Below, one piece after another: positions 35,413 through 36,419 of a DNA stretch of 36,419 nucleotides. The position numbers and the translations under genes were made by a program. Below the pieces are notes generated by a model. That model had not been told where the DNA came from. It ran no database searches and saw nothing but the letters and a program-made list of their open reading frames with translations. The first letter of the stretch is position 1. Each line of letters opens with the position of its first letter. The DNA is from Kipferlia bialata (Eukaryota): positions 1-36,419 of the forward strand of contig BDIP01000028.1 in NCBI GenBank assembly GCA_003568945.1, written 5' to 3'.

Positions 35413-36419
35413 CTATCTGGTCCTCGCATGTGTCTCTGTACCATTAGTCACTATCTCATACTCCACCACTGCACTATCCGCGAGATAGGCTGCATCCTCC
35501 TCTGCTATCCCCTCAATCACCCCCTCCACTCTCTCCAGCAGGTGGTGCACGTCCTGTCTCACACTGTCCTCCAATCTCTCTAGGCCGTCTCTGGTGTGGC
35601 CCAGAAGGCCACTGAGGGAGTCGGTGAGAGCTGCGACCTCTGCATCAGAGGCCTTGACAAAATAGACACCGGCACACAGGGAGATGAGTGCATGCACCAC
35701 CAGGGATAGGATGAGGATCCACTTGCACCTGACCACCCACTTTGACAGACACCCACACCCCCACACGGCCTTGCCCCCCTTCTTCGCCTTGCCCCTGCCC
35801 TCCCCCTGCTCATGCCCTGCGACCAGGGCGTCTGTCCGGGCAGCCACACCCCTGTCTGTACCTGCATGCACATAGGACACTAGGGCGAGGAGGTCATCCC
35901 TCCTGACATCGAGCACAGACACACACTCGTCCACACACTTGCGGCACTGCTTGGCCTTGGGGAGAGAGGCAGAGGGTCTGTACCCGGCAGAGGTGAGCCG
36001 GGTGTACAGGGGGAGGAGGGCGGGAGAGAGGCCCTTGGTGGCTAGCTCTGCCTTGAGCATTGACTGGATGGAGAGGGAGGTGGACACACTCTCCTCATCG
36101 GACAAGGCACAGCCTGGAGAGTCAGAACAGGGGGGGGGGGAGAGAGAGAGAGAGAGAGAATGAAGGTGTGTGTGGGTGGGTGTAAAGGGGAGCAGGGGGT
36201 CGACTCACCCAGCACCACGACTGGGCATGTCAGGACGCACTGCATGGTGGCATAGTCCTGGGTGTGGATGACCAGGGCATCCTTGATCTTATCCTGCACG
36301 GAGGAGGTCTGCTGGGAGATGTATCTCTCGAACACAGCCTAGGGTAAGGATATATATATGTGGGAGGAGGGGGGGGGGGGGGTTTGAGGAGGACGAGTTC
36401 GTCAGCGGTTACGTTTCTC
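35413..36419 (-). CDS. 3' part of a hypothetical protein with one C-terminal TM helix and a short coiled-coil-like tail
   Basis: Exon AVFERYISQQ..CPVVVL|G splices to a ~230-aa terminal exon containing WILILSLVVHALISLCAGVYFV and DGLERLEDSVRQDVHHLLERVEGV. The 5' end is outside the window. Confidence 0.65.

Noticed and set aside
1..36419. Stop-codon reassignment as the cause of fragmented ORFs
   Set aside because: In the genes traced (UVDE, kinase domain) the in-frame stops fall inside GT-AG introns, and TAG and TGA both terminate genes.

Overview
Eukaryotic, gene-dense DNA with many short spliceosomal introns, so the six-frame ORF track shows only exon fragments. The GT..AG introns are mostly ~40-130 nt, end in CT(C/G/A)ACCCCYAG and often carry GA/CT microsatellites. 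This style resembles the free-living fornicate Kipferlia (inference, not verified). Manual splicing gives nine gene models: (1) the last exon of a GYPQ-rich protein; (2) a minus-strand hypothetical membrane-anchored protein; (3) head-to-head with it, a 14-exon UV-damage endonuclease (UvsE/UVDE) with a basic C-terminal tail and a tRNA-like Pol III element in its long second intron; (4) a signal peptide + 7 FG-GAP-like blades + TM integrin-alpha-like protein; (5) a ~15.7-kb gene for a giant protein with helical N-terminal regions, a Ser/Thr kinase, a catalytically dead dual-specificity-phosphatase domain and a Cys-rich Mss4/GFA-like zinc module; (6) a protein with four copies of an unfamiliar ~75-aa HTH-ending domain plus an SCA7-type zinc finger; (7-9) three hypothetical membrane proteins. 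All exon boundaries were inferred by eye and several gene ends are uncertain.
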